Below are positions 34,121 to 43,178 of a stretch of DNA of 54,836 bases, piece after piece (the first letter of the stretch is position 1; each line of letters begins with the position of its first letter). Source of the DNA: Armatimonadota bacterium (GTDB lineage Bacteria; Armatimonadota; DTGP01; JAHWJO01); NCBI GenBank assembly GCA_038240635.1, contig JBBRGS010000002.1:1-54836 (forward strand). Reading direction: 5' to 3'. Below the pieces are notes generated by a model. The model was given only the letters and a program-made list of their open reading frames with translations. It searched no databases and was not told the origin of the DNA. The position numbers and the translations under genes were made by a program.

Positions 34121-35085
34121 TCCATCGCCCTCAGCGCCTGAAGAAGTTCCTCTTCCGATTCATCGCCTGGCCAGTTCCCATATAAAGCGGTGGCTCCCGA
34201 TGTCGCGCCCTGTGGCACACACAAATCCGTCCGCAGTGACCTTCTCATTCCGCGTGGAACAGGCATCCGGGACCAGTAGGAGGCTTCTCCTTCGGCGGAT
34301 CGGATCGCGTCCGCATCCACACGAAGCAGGCGACCCGATGGACGGAAAATCGCAAGCCCAACTACGAGAATCCGCCGCCGAAACAGGTCACGGAGAGAGG
34401 CCATCTCTCCGTGGAGCAGCGCGCCAGGGACTTCCTGCCCATCATCGAGCTGGATTGCAAAACTTTGGGTACTGTCCCGGATCATATCCAACCTGCCGAC
34501 GAGGCGCACCGGCTCAGGGGACGGGGTCTCCGCCTTCAATTGTTCAGCGTAGGCAAGCGTTTCCGGATTGAGGCGCGCCTTGTGACTCTCCTCCCTCTGT
34601 CCGGTAAACACCATCTCCTGATACGTTCCGCTGGCGTTCAGAACCCGCCCCAGTCGGTGAAGGCGGTTGAGGAGCGATTGATCGTATCGGGCGCTGTTGG
34701 CGTTCATGCCAGCCACGTCCGCCACCACTGCGGTCAGCAGATCAAGGCCGGTCTTCTCCGGGAGGGGACGCCCAAAGGGGTCGTCCGGGTACTCTATCTC
34801 GATCTGCTGATAAAGGTGAGAAGCCGCCTCGCCGAGCAAAGGCGCCTGAAAGTGCAGAATGGTCTCTCTGGCTCCGCTAATGCCTTCAAAGGAAAGGTTT
34901 GAGGCGCGGAGAAGCCATGAGGGAAGGTGTCCGCTGAAATGACTCCGGCGCTCGAACGCCATGCGGACGGCTTGGCGGGTAAGGGGGACAATAGACTGTA
35001 AAATCCTTCCCAGGGGTTCGGGCGGCGCGTGAACGCCGACATCCTCCGCGCTCTTCAGAATAAGCCGGTGTTCGACGGTTCGCAT
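34117..35085 (-). CDS. Hypothetical 322-aa protein in the antitoxin position of the PIN gene
   Basis: Natural composition and translationally coupled to the PIN gene. I recognise no HTH/RHH/AbrB motif. Acidic C-terminal tail YGNWPGDESEEELLQALRAMD. Confidence 0.6.
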   Translation of the reverse strand: MRTVEHRLILKSAEDVGVHAPPEPLGRILQSIVPLTRQAVRMAFERRSHFSGHLPSWLLRASNLSFEGISGARETILHFQAPLLGEAASHLYQQIEIEYPDDPFGRPLPEKTGLDLLTAVVADVAGMNANSARYDQSLLNRLHRLGRVLNASGTYQEMVFTGQREESHKARLNPETLAYAEQLKAETPSPEPVRLVGRLDMIRDSTQSFAIQLDDGQEVPGALLHGEMASLRDLFRRRILVVGLAIFRPSGRLLRVDADAIRSAEGEASYWSRMPVPRGMRRSLRTDLCVPQGATSGATALYGNWPGDESEEELLQALRAMD

Positions 35086-35249
35086 GCTACACCTCCTGAC
35101 GCTTCAGACACTCTATCCCTCATGCCCCGTATGGGGGTCTTCCTAAGTTTACCCCTGACGGCGCCAAAGCCGAAATACCGTTCCTCCACCTTAACAGGGC
35201 TGCCGACTTTTATGATTCTGAACCCCATCCAAAAGAATTTAGTGATGCT

Positions 35250-38200
35250 GTGATGACTCCCCTCCTCATTCCGCTTCTGTTCGCGCCCCTCGCACCCGCC
35301 CTCGGTCAGCCGATGGACGTGGCGTCCTTTGGTCTCCCATTGCCCTCCGACTCCGGCGTCGCGGGCGTGATGTGGGAGGACCCCCGCAAGGTGAGTGAGG
35401 TTGTCGTCACCTTCGACGCGCCGCTGCCCGCCGACGCGCGGCCTCGCCTGGAGTACTGGGGGAGCCGTTGGCCCCTGCAGCGCGTCCCCGAAGACCGGGA
35501 GCCGGGCGGCGGCGATGTCGGCTGGTGGGAACTGGGCAACTGGTACCACGGAGGATGGCGCGCCGCCGACGCCGAAGCGGTGGTCCACGACAACGCCGTT
35601 ACCTTCCGCATGCGCCCGGTGAACGCCCATGAGTATCCCGACCTGAAGGAGTACGCCGCGCCGTACCGCTCCACGCTCAAGGTCCGCGTCCTTCTCGAAG
35701 GCGGTGGAGAACCTCCTCCCCGCGTGAAGCGCCTCCAGGTCTTCACCGACTCGGTCTGGGCGGAGACGACGGTTCACCTGGCGCTGAAGACGAACTCCGC
35801 GACGCCGCCCGGCGTAACGGTGTTCAACGGCGCCCTCCGCGATCTCCAGCCGGACGGCCCCGGCGCATACCGACTCCGCCTCTGGACGACCCGAAACCCC
35901 GACCCCAACGCCTTCGACCGGACGCTGGCGACGGTGAAGCCCAACGGCGCGCCCCAGGGTGTCACCTTCGCGCCGGACGACCTGAAGGCCGGGCCGCTCT
36001 TCATCCCGTCGGCGGGCCTCGCCGTCACCCCTGGAGACGACTCGCGCGACTATTCCGCCCTCGCCGCCGCCCAGGAGAAGACTCGCGGCGCGTCGCTGTA
36101 CGACCGCGTGAAGGCCCTCCCCGAACGAACGTGGCGCGCCGCGTGGAGCGCCATGCCCCCGAAGCGCTCTTTCCTCTACCTGCCCCTCGGCGCGGACGGC
36201 GGGCGGCACCGCTTCATGCTGCGCGCCGACGGGAGCGTGCAGTTCCGCACCAACAACGGCTACCTTGAAGCCATGCCCGGAAAAGACACGCCGCGCCTGA
36301 AGGGAGACGCGGCCCCGCTCGACGTGAGTTTCAATCTGCCGGAACGCCCCGACTCCCGCGCGATCCTCGATGAGACGCTCCCCCTCGCCCATACTACCTG
36401 GGTGAAGGACGGCCTTCGCTGGGAGCAGGAAGCCTTCGCCACGCTGCTCGACGGCGGCAGGACGGACAGCCCCGTCCCTCCCGCCGATGCGTTCGGCGTC
36501 TGCCTGCTCCGCTTCACGGTGACGAACCCCACCTCCGCCCCGCTGAAGGCGGCCCTGCCAATGACGTGGCGCGCCGGGGATGCGATTGAAACCCTCCGTG
36601 TGGACGAGCGCGGCTTCGTCCAGGCGGGCAAGCGCCTCCGCGCGTGGGCCGATCCCGTACCTGGCGCCGACGGGTGGGCCTTCACGCTGGAGCCGAACGC
36701 CCGGCGCATCCTCACGCTCAAAATCCCGTATGTCGCGCTCACCACCGACGCGGAGCGAGAGGCCCTCGCGCACCTCGATGTTGACGCGGAACACGCGGCG
36801 GTCGCGGGGTACTGGCGCCGTCGGCTGGACGAAAGTGCGCGCCTCATCACGCCGGAACCGATGCTCAACACCTTCTACCGCGCCCACGCGGGCCATCTGC
36901 TCATCAACTCGGAGCGCGAACCCGGCGGCGACCTCCGCTTCGCCCGCGTCGGCTCGTTCACCTACGGCGCCTACGGCAACGAGAGCTGCATGATGGTGGC
37001 GGACCTGGATCGGCGCGGCTACACCACCGAGGCTCAACAGGTCCTCGACGGCTGGCTGAAGTATCAGGGCACGGTGGCGCTTCCGGGCGACTTCAGCGGC
37101 CAGGACGGCGTCCTCTACGGCGCTGGCGGCTACGAGGCGGGCGGCTACAATCAGCACCATGGCTGGATACTCTGGGCGCTCGCCGAGCATTTCCGCACCA
37201 CCCGCGACACCGACTGGCTGAAGCGCGCCGCGCCGGGCATCCTGAAGGCCGCCGACTGGATCATCCGGGAGCGCACCCGAACCGCCGACCGCGACGACCT
37301 CGCGCGCGGACTCCTCCCCGCCGGAAGCCTTGAAGACATCGCCGACTGGTGGCCGTGGCTCTCTACCAACGCCTACACCTGGCGCGGCCTCGACTCTGCC
37401 GCGTGGGCGCTGGAACGCCTTCATCACCCCGACGCCGCGCGCCTCCGCCGCGAAGCCGACGCTTACCACAAGGCGCTGCTCGCCGCCTTTCGCGCCGCCG
37501 CCGAACGCTCCCCGGTCGTCCGCCTCCGCGACGGCACGGCGGTCCCGCATTTTCCGTCGCAGCCGTATCGTCGGGGCCGCAGTTTCGGCTGGATCACGGA
37601 GACGCTGGAGGGCGCGCTGCACCTGCTCATCACCCGAGCGCTCCCGGCACATTCCGAGGAAGCCGACTGGATATTAAAGGATTACGAGGACAACCTGTAC
37701 CTTTCCAATCAGTACGGCTACACCCTCGACGACTTCGATAAATACTGGTTCGGGCGCGGCGGCGTCTCCATGCAAGCGTGCCTGCTGCTGGAAGCCGAGC
37801 CGTTCCTCGACCGCGACGACGTAAAGCCCGCGCTTCGGGCCATCTTCAACGCCATCGCCGTCGGCTACTTCCCCGACGTGGCGATGCTCACCGAACACGC
37901 CCTCCCCGACATGGGCGACTGGCGCGGCGACCATTACAAGAGTTCCGACGAAGCGAACGCGGCGGGCTGGCTGCGGCAGCTCTTCGTGCGGGAGGAGGGC
38001 GACACGCTCCTCATTGGGCAAGCCGTCCCCCGCGACTGGCTGAAGCCGGGCCAGCGGTGTGGCATCGAGAGAACTGCCACTTACTTCGGCCCCGTGAGCG
38101 CCGTATATGAGGGGACCGCCGACGGCGCGCGGCTCCGCCTGGAGGGTCCGAAGCGCAACCCGCCCCGCCTCATCCGTGTCCGCTTCCGCCTCCCCGACGG

Positions 38201-38318
38201 CAAAGCGTTGCGTTCTGTGACGGTGAACGGCAAGGCGTGGCCCCGCGTCTCCGGCGAATGGGTGGACCTCCCCGGCGACATCGGCGCGGCGGAGATCGTC
38301 GCGCGTGCGGAGGGGTGA
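35250..38318 (+). CDS. Large secreted protein, possible (alpha/alpha)6 glycosidase-like C-terminal half
   Basis: Signal-like MMTPLLIPLLFAPLAPALGQP (GTG at 35250, ATG at 35253). The region GGYNQHHGWILWALAEHFRTTRDTDWLKRAAP..AADWI resembles six-hairpin glycosidases. The 865-aa antisense ORF was rejected. Confidence 0.6.
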   Translation: MMTPLLIPLLFAPLAPALGQPMDVASFGLPLPSDSGVAGVMWEDPRKVSEVVVTFDAPLPADARPRLEYWGSRWPLQRVPEDREPGGGDVGWWELGNWYHGGWRAADAEAVVHDNAVTFRMRPVNAHEYPDLKEYAAPYRSTLKVRVLLEGGGEPPPRVKRLQVFTDSVWAETTVHLALKTNSATPPGVTVFNGALRDLQPDGPGAYRLRLWTTRNPDPNAFDRTLATVKPNGAPQGVTFAPDDLKAGPLFIPSAGLAVTPGDDSRDYSALAAAQEKTRGASLYDRVKALPERTWRAAWSAMPPKRSFLYLPLGADGGRHRFMLRADGSVQFRTNNGYLEAMPGKDTPRLKGDAAPLDVSFNLPERPDSRAILDETLPLAHTTWVKDGLRWEQEAFATLLDGGRTDSPVPPADAFGVCLLRFTVTNPTSAPLKAALPMTWRAGDAIETLRVDERGFVQAGKRLRAWADPVPGADGWAFTLEPNARRILTLKIPYVALTTDAEREALAHLDVDAEHAAVAGYWRRRLDESARLITPEPMLNTFYRAHAGHLLINSEREPGGDLRFARVGSFTYGAYGNESCMMVADLDRRGYTTEAQQVLDGWLKYQGTVALPGDFSGQDGVLYGAGGYEAGGYNQHHGWILWALAEHFRTTRDTDWLKRAAPGILKAADWIIRERTRTADRDDLARGLLPAGSLEDIADWWPWLSTNAYTWRGLDSAAWALERLHHPDAARLRREADAYHKALLAAFRAAAERSPVVRLRDGTAVPHFPSQPYRRGRSFGWITETLEGALHLLITRALPAHSEEADWILKDYEDNLYLSNQYGYTLDDFDKYWFGRGGVSMQACLLLEAEPFLDRDDVKPALRAIFNAIAVGYFPDVAMLTEHALPDMGDWRGDHYKSSDEANAAGWLRQLFVREEGDTLLIGQAVPRDWLKPGQRCGIERTATYFGPVSAVYEGTADGARLRLEGPKRNPPRLIRVRFRLPDGKALRSVTVNGKAWPRVSGEWVDLPGDIGAAEIVARAEG

Positions 38319-38355
38319 GGCGCGCGACGGCGATCCGTTCCGTTTCGGCAGGCGG

Positions 38356-39942
38356 TCACGCGGCGGCGCGGGTGCCTTCGCGGGCGAGGGCGTATTCCTC
38401 CAGGTCCACGGTAATGTATCGCGCGAGGCCGGGATGAACGCGCGCCACTTCATGGTAGAGAGCCTGCGCCACCTGGCGATAGGAGGTATGGCCCTGTCGC
38501 GCGGTGCGGAGCTTCACCACGTTCATCACCTGCCGCAGGTTCCAGACGCGGAAAAACCGATACCGCGTCATCAACGGCAGGACATACTGCGCCTGCGCCA
38601 CATCGGATTCCGAGGCGACGATCCGTCGCCAGAGGTCGGCGCTGTCCCGAAACAGGTCAAGGAAGACGCCGCCGAATCCCCACGCTTCGATCTCCTCAGG
38701 GACGCAGGCGCCGAGGTGAGGGGTGAGGAGCGGGTCCAGGCTGGTCCCCATCCGGTGGCGCTGGAGGTCGCGGTAGGCGCCGTAGTCGCAGGTGAATTCG
38801 ATGCGGTAGACGGTGTTCTCCACGGCACGCATCGGGGTGTCGTGCGGGCCGCAGTCCATGAGGTACTGCTCGATGATGAGCGCCCGGAGTTCGGCGCTGG
38901 CGGGCGCGGAAAGCCGCCGGAGGAGTTCATCGTAGGAGGCGTCGGCGTGCGGGAACAGCATGGCGGCGGCGAGGTGCGCCTCGGCGTCCTCCTCCCAGGA
39001 ATGCAGGAGACACAGCGGCGGGGGGGCCAGAGAGTCGGCGGGGAACGGCGCCACCGGCCCGCCCGCGACGCCGTATCCCATCGCGGCGGCCCGTTTCCGC
39101 ATCGTCGGGGGGAGCTGGGCGTAGTACTCGGACGCTTTGGCGTACTTAATCAGCGTTGGCGCGACCATGCCCGCCGCTTCCAAAGCGAGGCGGCCCAGCT
39201 CGCGGGCTTCGGGCAGTTCGTGGGAGGCGAGGCGGCCCAGGAGGTATTCCCACTCCCGCGCGTTGGCGAAGACGCCCAGGTTGGTCTGCGTGGCGACGGG
39301 CAGCAGGTAGCGGCACAGGTCGCACGCCTTGGTGGTAAGGAGGGTTTCATAACCCCGTTCGCTCTGTCCCGGCTCGCGCAGGTATTCCGCCCGGCACCGC
39401 TCCTTCACGGCCTCCACCGTCTCGTGATAGACGCTCATCATCTGATCCAGGTGAGCGGACACATCGGCGGTGAGGGCGGCGTCGCCAAAATCGGGCCGGT
39501 AGAGGGTGTCGCGCGAGAAGACGACGTAGCGGGTGCTTTTCTCCTGCGGGCTGGTGAGCCGGAAATCCTCGATGATTTTAGAGAAAAGGATGGAGACGCC
39601 CTCGAAGCAGAGGTGCAGCGGCGCGTCCTCGGCGGGCGACTTGTGGCCGTATCCCGCGATCCACTTCTCGGCGAAGGCGCGCGCTTTGGCCAGGGCGGTC
39701 TCCAGCTGCGCGTCGCCGGTTTCGACGGGCGGAGGCGTTTCGGCGAAGAATGCGTCCGAATCGTCGAGCATCTTCAGCAACATGCGTCGCACCCCCTCGC
39801 GGCTGCGGGAGTAGCGCGCAAACAGGTAGGCGCAGACTTCCGGCGGCAGGTTACGCAACGCGAACACGGGCCGGTCGGTGTGCGTCACGTACGGGGCGAT
39901 ACGCCGGGCTTCCTCAGGGGTAAGCGGGTCAGTCGGGTTCAT
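38356..39942 (-). CDS. thyX: Double-domain FAD-dependent thymidylate synthase (ThyX)-like protein
   Basis: ORF 38356-39957; the ATG at 39942 is preferred because GGAGG lies 8 nt upstream. N-half has LFARYSRS, GYGHKSPAED and DFRLTSPQEKSTRY (a degenerate ThyX motif). C-half has YRDLQRHRM and LRTARQGHTSYRQVA. Confidence 0.6.
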   Translation of the reverse strand: MNPTDPLTPEEARRIAPYVTHTDRPVFALRNLPPEVCAYLFARYSRSREGVRRMLLKMLDDSDAFFAETPPPVETGDAQLETALAKARAFAEKWIAGYGHKSPAEDAPLHLCFEGVSILFSKIIEDFRLTSPQEKSTRYVVFSRDTLYRPDFGDAALTADVSAHLDQMMSVYHETVEAVKERCRAEYLREPGQSERGYETLLTTKACDLCRYLLPVATQTNLGVFANAREWEYLLGRLASHELPEARELGRLALEAAGMVAPTLIKYAKASEYYAQLPPTMRKRAAAMGYGVAGGPVAPFPADSLAPPPLCLLHSWEEDAEAHLAAAMLFPHADASYDELLRRLSAPASAELRALIIEQYLMDCGPHDTPMRAVENTVYRIEFTCDYGAYRDLQRHRMGTSLDPLLTPHLGACVPEEIEAWGFGGVFLDLFRDSADLWRRIVASESDVAQAQYVLPLMTRYRFFRVWNLRQVMNVVKLRTARQGHTSYRQVAQALYHEVARVHPGLARYITVDLEEYALAREGTRAAA

Positions 39943-39987
39943 CGGTGAGTCCTCCATCTTCCGTTATGGCCGACTCGCCGCCTCAAC

Positions 39988-41310
39988 CTAACCCCTCTCC
40001 GCCGGAACGGGTTCCGCCGCATTCGGATTGGAAGGATGCGATCCCGACGCGCCATGAGTCGCCGCTTCTTCGTGGCGATACGCCTCCACTTCCGGCGAAC
40101 GGATGAAGAGATGGACCAGGAAAGCCGCCGCCAGGCCGAACATGAGCGTGGAGCCGAGGAGTTCGCGCCGCATCCCGAAATGATCGGTCAGCCACGACAG
40201 CAACAGGGCGGCGAACGGCATCACTCCGGCGAAGGTGAGGGTGTTGAGGCTCATCACGCGGCCCCGCAGGTGATCCGGCACGGCCTCCTGCACAATCGTC
40301 GCGCTGAGGCCGCCGATGGAAGAGAAGCAGACGGAGTTCACGAAAATCGCCACGCACGAGAGGAGGAGGAACCGTGACCCGGCAAGGATCGCCATCGCCA
40401 CTACGATGCCGCCCATCCCCAGGGAGATGCGAAGGACGCGACGCTCCTTCCGCACGCCGAGCAGCAGCAGCGAGCCGAGCAGCGCCCCCACGCCCGACGA
40501 CGCCATCAGCGCGCCATACCCTTTGGTGTCCACCCGCAGCACCTCTTTGGCGTAATGCGGCATCATTACCATGAAGTTGGGGAAGATGAAGAACGCCATG
40601 AGCACCGAGAAGGCCATCAGGACCAGCAGGCGGGTTCGCTCGCGCACATACTGAAAGCCTTCGCGCATGGCGAGGAGGGGCGAACCCTGCGGCGCCCTTC
40701 GGGTGATGGGCCGGGGATGGATGAGCAACAGGCTGCCGATGACGGCGAAGAAACTCAATCCATTGGCGATGAAGGCGCTCGTGACGCCCATCGCCGCGAT
40801 GAGGACTCCCGCCAGCGCCGGACCAATGATGCGCGACCCGTGGAAACTCGCCTGGTTCAGCGCGATGGCGTGAGGGATTTCGTCACGCTCCACCAGTTCG
40901 GGCGTCAGGGCCTGATTCGCCGGCATATCGTAAGCGCTGGCGACCCCGTTACACAACGCGAGCGCATAGATGTGCCACAGCCGCAGGAGATGAAAACCGT
41001 ACAACGCGGCCATCGCAAAGGCGAGAGCCATCAGCGCGACCTGCGTGACAATCAGGATGCGGCGCTTGTCGAAACGATCCGCCAGCACGCCGCCGAACAG
41101 CGTGAGGGCCATCATCGGGAGCGTGTTGGCGACGTTGAGCCAGCCCAGCGCCATCGCCGACGACGTGAAGCCCACCACTACCCAGCTCTGCGCGAGGACC
41201 TGCATCCAGGTGCCGGTGAGCGAAACCGCCTGCCCGCTCCAGTAGAGGGCGAAGTTGCGGCGGCGGAGCACGCCCAGCGGAGCGCCGGGAGCGAAGAGGG
41301 GGCGGGCCAT
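39988..41310 (-). CDS. MFS transporter (EntS/MFS_3-like)
   Basis: About 12 hydrophobic segments. FALYWSGQAVSLTGTWMQ and GGVLADRFDKRRIL motifs. Paralogous to 52641-53912. Confidence 0.8.
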   Translation of the reverse strand: MARPLFAPGAPLGVLRRRNFALYWSGQAVSLTGTWMQVLAQSWVVVGFTSSAMALGWLNVANTLPMMALTLFGGVLADRFDKRRILIVTQVALMALAFAMAALYGFHLLRLWHIYALALCNGVASAYDMPANQALTPELVERDEIPHAIALNQASFHGSRIIGPALAGVLIAAMGVTSAFIANGLSFFAVIGSLLLIHPRPITRRAPQGSPLLAMREGFQYVRERTRLLVLMAFSVLMAFFIFPNFMVMMPHYAKEVLRVDTKGYGALMASSGVGALLGSLLLLGVRKERRVLRISLGMGGIVVAMAILAGSRFLLLSCVAIFVNSVCFSSIGGLSATIVQEAVPDHLRGRVMSLNTLTFAGVMPFAALLLSWLTDHFGMRRELLGSTLMFGLAAAFLVHLFIRSPEVEAYRHEEAATHGASGSHPSNPNAAEPVPAERG

Positions 41311-41384
41311 GAGTCATTCCCCTGGAAACGGGACATGGGAGGCGGAAAACGCCGACATCCGAATCGTTCAGGCGTCCAGGGAAT

Positions 41385-41438
41385 GTGACTCAGGAGACTC
41401 CGGGGATTCAAGGGACTCAGGGGGCTATAGGGACTCAG
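41385..41438. repeat. Six tandem 9-mers with consensus GGGACTCAG
   Basis: The units are gtgactcag gagactccg gggattcaa gggactcag ggggctata gggactcag. This is the same 9-mer family as in the arms of the foldback elements. Confidence 0.7.
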
Positions 41439-41509
41439 GAAGCGCGCTTCGGGATGTCCTCCGCTCCCGGCGGAGGCCGTACGCGCGGGAAAGGAGCGCC
41501 ATCGCCATG

Positions 41510-41830
41510 TTATTCCGGGCGAATGGGCAACACGCGGTCCAGGCCGATGAGTTGGATCACATTCAGCACGCCGCCGGTCGCCAGCACCACGAACGGTTTG
41601 GAAGGAGACGACAGCAGGCTGGCGCGCCGGTACGCTCCAACCACCAGGCCGAGACCCGTGCTGTCAATGATGCGCAACGGGCGCAGGTCGAGCGTATAGG
41701 ACGGCAGATCGCGCGCCAGCCACTGATCCAGCAGGTCTTTCACGCTCTCAGCGTTGGAAAGGTCAATCTCTCCGCCCAGCACGAGCGTGTCGGGTTTGAG
41801 TTGTTTGGCGGTGAACACGGCTTGTGGCAT
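41510..41830 (-). CDS. STAS-domain anti-sigma-factor antagonist
   Basis: Only the C-terminal 106 aa of ORF 41510-42490 is kept (ATG at 41830, GGGAG upstream). LVLGGEIDLSNAESVKDLL and LRIIDSTGLGLVVGAY motifs. Confidence 0.7.
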   Translation of the reverse strand: MPQAVFTAKQLKPDTLVLGGEIDLSNAESVKDLLDQWLARDLPSYTLDLRPLRIIDSTGLGLVVGAYRRASLLSSPSKPFVVLATGGVLNVIQLIGLDRVLPIRPE

Positions 41831-41994
41831 GAGACTCCCTGCCCTGGAGACGCGGACGGTCGAGGGGCGCGGCTGTTCCAACTCCTCGTTCCCCTCATCC
41901 CTGACAAACCCCTTCCGAACATCGTTTCGCGGAAGCCCCAGGGGGACGGCAGGGACGCCTCGGAGGCGGGGAATTCCGATCCGTTCTTTAGCGG

Positions 41995-42043
41995 GACGGA
42001 TGCGTTCGACCCCACTAGCGAGACGGATGCGTTCGACCCCACT
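41995..42043. repeat. 22-nt direct repeat x2 (gacggatgcgttcgaccccact), 27-nt period, spanning the rhomboid stop codon
   Basis: The two perfect copies are at 41995-42016 and 22 nt at 42022-42043, separated by 5 nt. Confidence 0.85.
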
Positions 42044-43178
42044 CCACGGAGGCCAGCAGCGCGGCGGGAGTGTCGCCATACTTCGCCTGGATGGCGCTGA
42101 GCAGTTCGTCGGCGCGGGCCGGATCGTGGAGGGGACCCCCACAGAGGCGGGCCAGCGCCAGCAGGGCTTCCGCCGCCGTCGCGCCGCGCGTGTCGTCCGC
42201 CAGGCGCGATAACACCTCCCCGGCGCCGGTGTACGCGCCTTCGTTCTCCAGCAGCAGGGCGAGCTCAAACCGCAGCGATGGGTCCAGCGCATGAAGAGAG
42301 CGTCGCATGGCGAGCCATTGGTAGGCGCGCAGGGCGCGGGGCGCCTCACGACGGTGGACGGCCTGCCGCACGAGGCGAACCGCGTGCCGTTCGGCGACCA
42401 GCGGCTTCCCCGCCGCCTCGGCGCGCAGCGCATCCCGCAACTCTTCCGCCGTCTCCGCAGAGAGGTCTGGAGGAGGGCGATCCTCCGCATCCCAGGCCGA
42501 TTCGAGGGCGGGCAGGAGGCTTCCCGAGTGGAGATAACCCGTCGTCAGGGCCACTCCCGCCCCGATGACGAACCCCGCCGCATGGCCCCAGTACCCTACC
42601 GTCGCGGCGGAATGGAAAAACATGGAGAGCGCGCCGATCAGCTGCGAGGCCAGCCAGCCGCCCCAGACCCACGCCAGAGGAATCCTCAGGCCCGTCTCCG
42701 GGGACGGTCGCGGTTCCGCGAGGACACGCACATGGGCGAACGGATGGAAGCCCGCGAACGCTCCGATGAGGACTGCCACCGCGCCCGACGCCCCGATGAT
42801 CGGCAGGTCCTGATCGGGAGGGAGCAGGAGACGGATCACGGCCAGCTGAACGAGATTGGCGCCCACTCCGCCGAGCAGGAAGAGCGCGATCAGCCGCACC
42901 GGCCCCAGCCGCCGCTCCACCTCGCGGCCAACGAACCAGAGCGGCGCCGCATTGTACAGGAGGTGGAACCCGCCCGCGTGTAAAAACAGGGCCGCCAGCA
43001 GTCCCACGAGGCTGGGGCGCCGAGGAACCACGCTGTACTCCACCACCGTGGCGAACGACAACCCCGTCGCCCAGGTGAGGACGTACACCCCTCCCAGAAG
43101 CGTCAGCAGACTGAAGGTCGCCCACGGAAAGGGACTCTCGTCCCGCGAAGACCCTATGATGAGTCGCAGCCGTATCAT
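42015..43178 (-). CDS. Rhomboid family intramembrane serine protease with C-terminal helical-repeat extension
   Basis: HLLYNAAPLWFVG (HxxxN) and IIGASGAVAVLIGAF (GxSG) motifs. A roughly 150-aa Ala/Leu/Arg-rich helical tail follows. Confidence 0.8.
   Translation of the reverse strand: MIRLRLIIGSSRDESPFPWATFSLLTLLGGVYVLTWATGLSFATVVEYSVVPRRPSLVGLLAALFLHAGGFHLLYNAAPLWFVGREVERRLGPVRLIALFLLGGVGANLVQLAVIRLLLPPDQDLPIIGASGAVAVLIGAFAGFHPFAHVRVLAEPRPSPETGLRIPLAWVWGGWLASQLIGALSMFFHSAATVGYWGHAAGFVIGAGVALTTGYLHSGSLLPALESAWDAEDRPPPDLSAETAEELRDALRAEAAGKPLVAERHAVRLVRQAVHRREAPRALRAYQWLAMRRSLHALDPSLRFELALLLENEGAYTGAGEVLSRLADDTRGATAAEALLALARLCGGPLHDPARADELLSAIQAKYGDTPAALLASVEWGRTHPSR

Noticed and set aside
35055-37652. 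865-aa minus-strand ORF
   Set aside because: It is antisense to the 1022-aa plus-strand gene. Its translation is Arg/Gly/Ala/Val-rich with no motifs, typical of a shadow frame in high-GC DNA. The plus-strand product has a signal peptide and natural composition.
41831-42490. N-terminal 220 aa of ORF 41510-42490
   Set aside because: It overlaps the rhomboid gene in a different frame and is Arg-rich. Only the C-terminal 106-aa STAS domain, with its own ATG and RBS, was kept.
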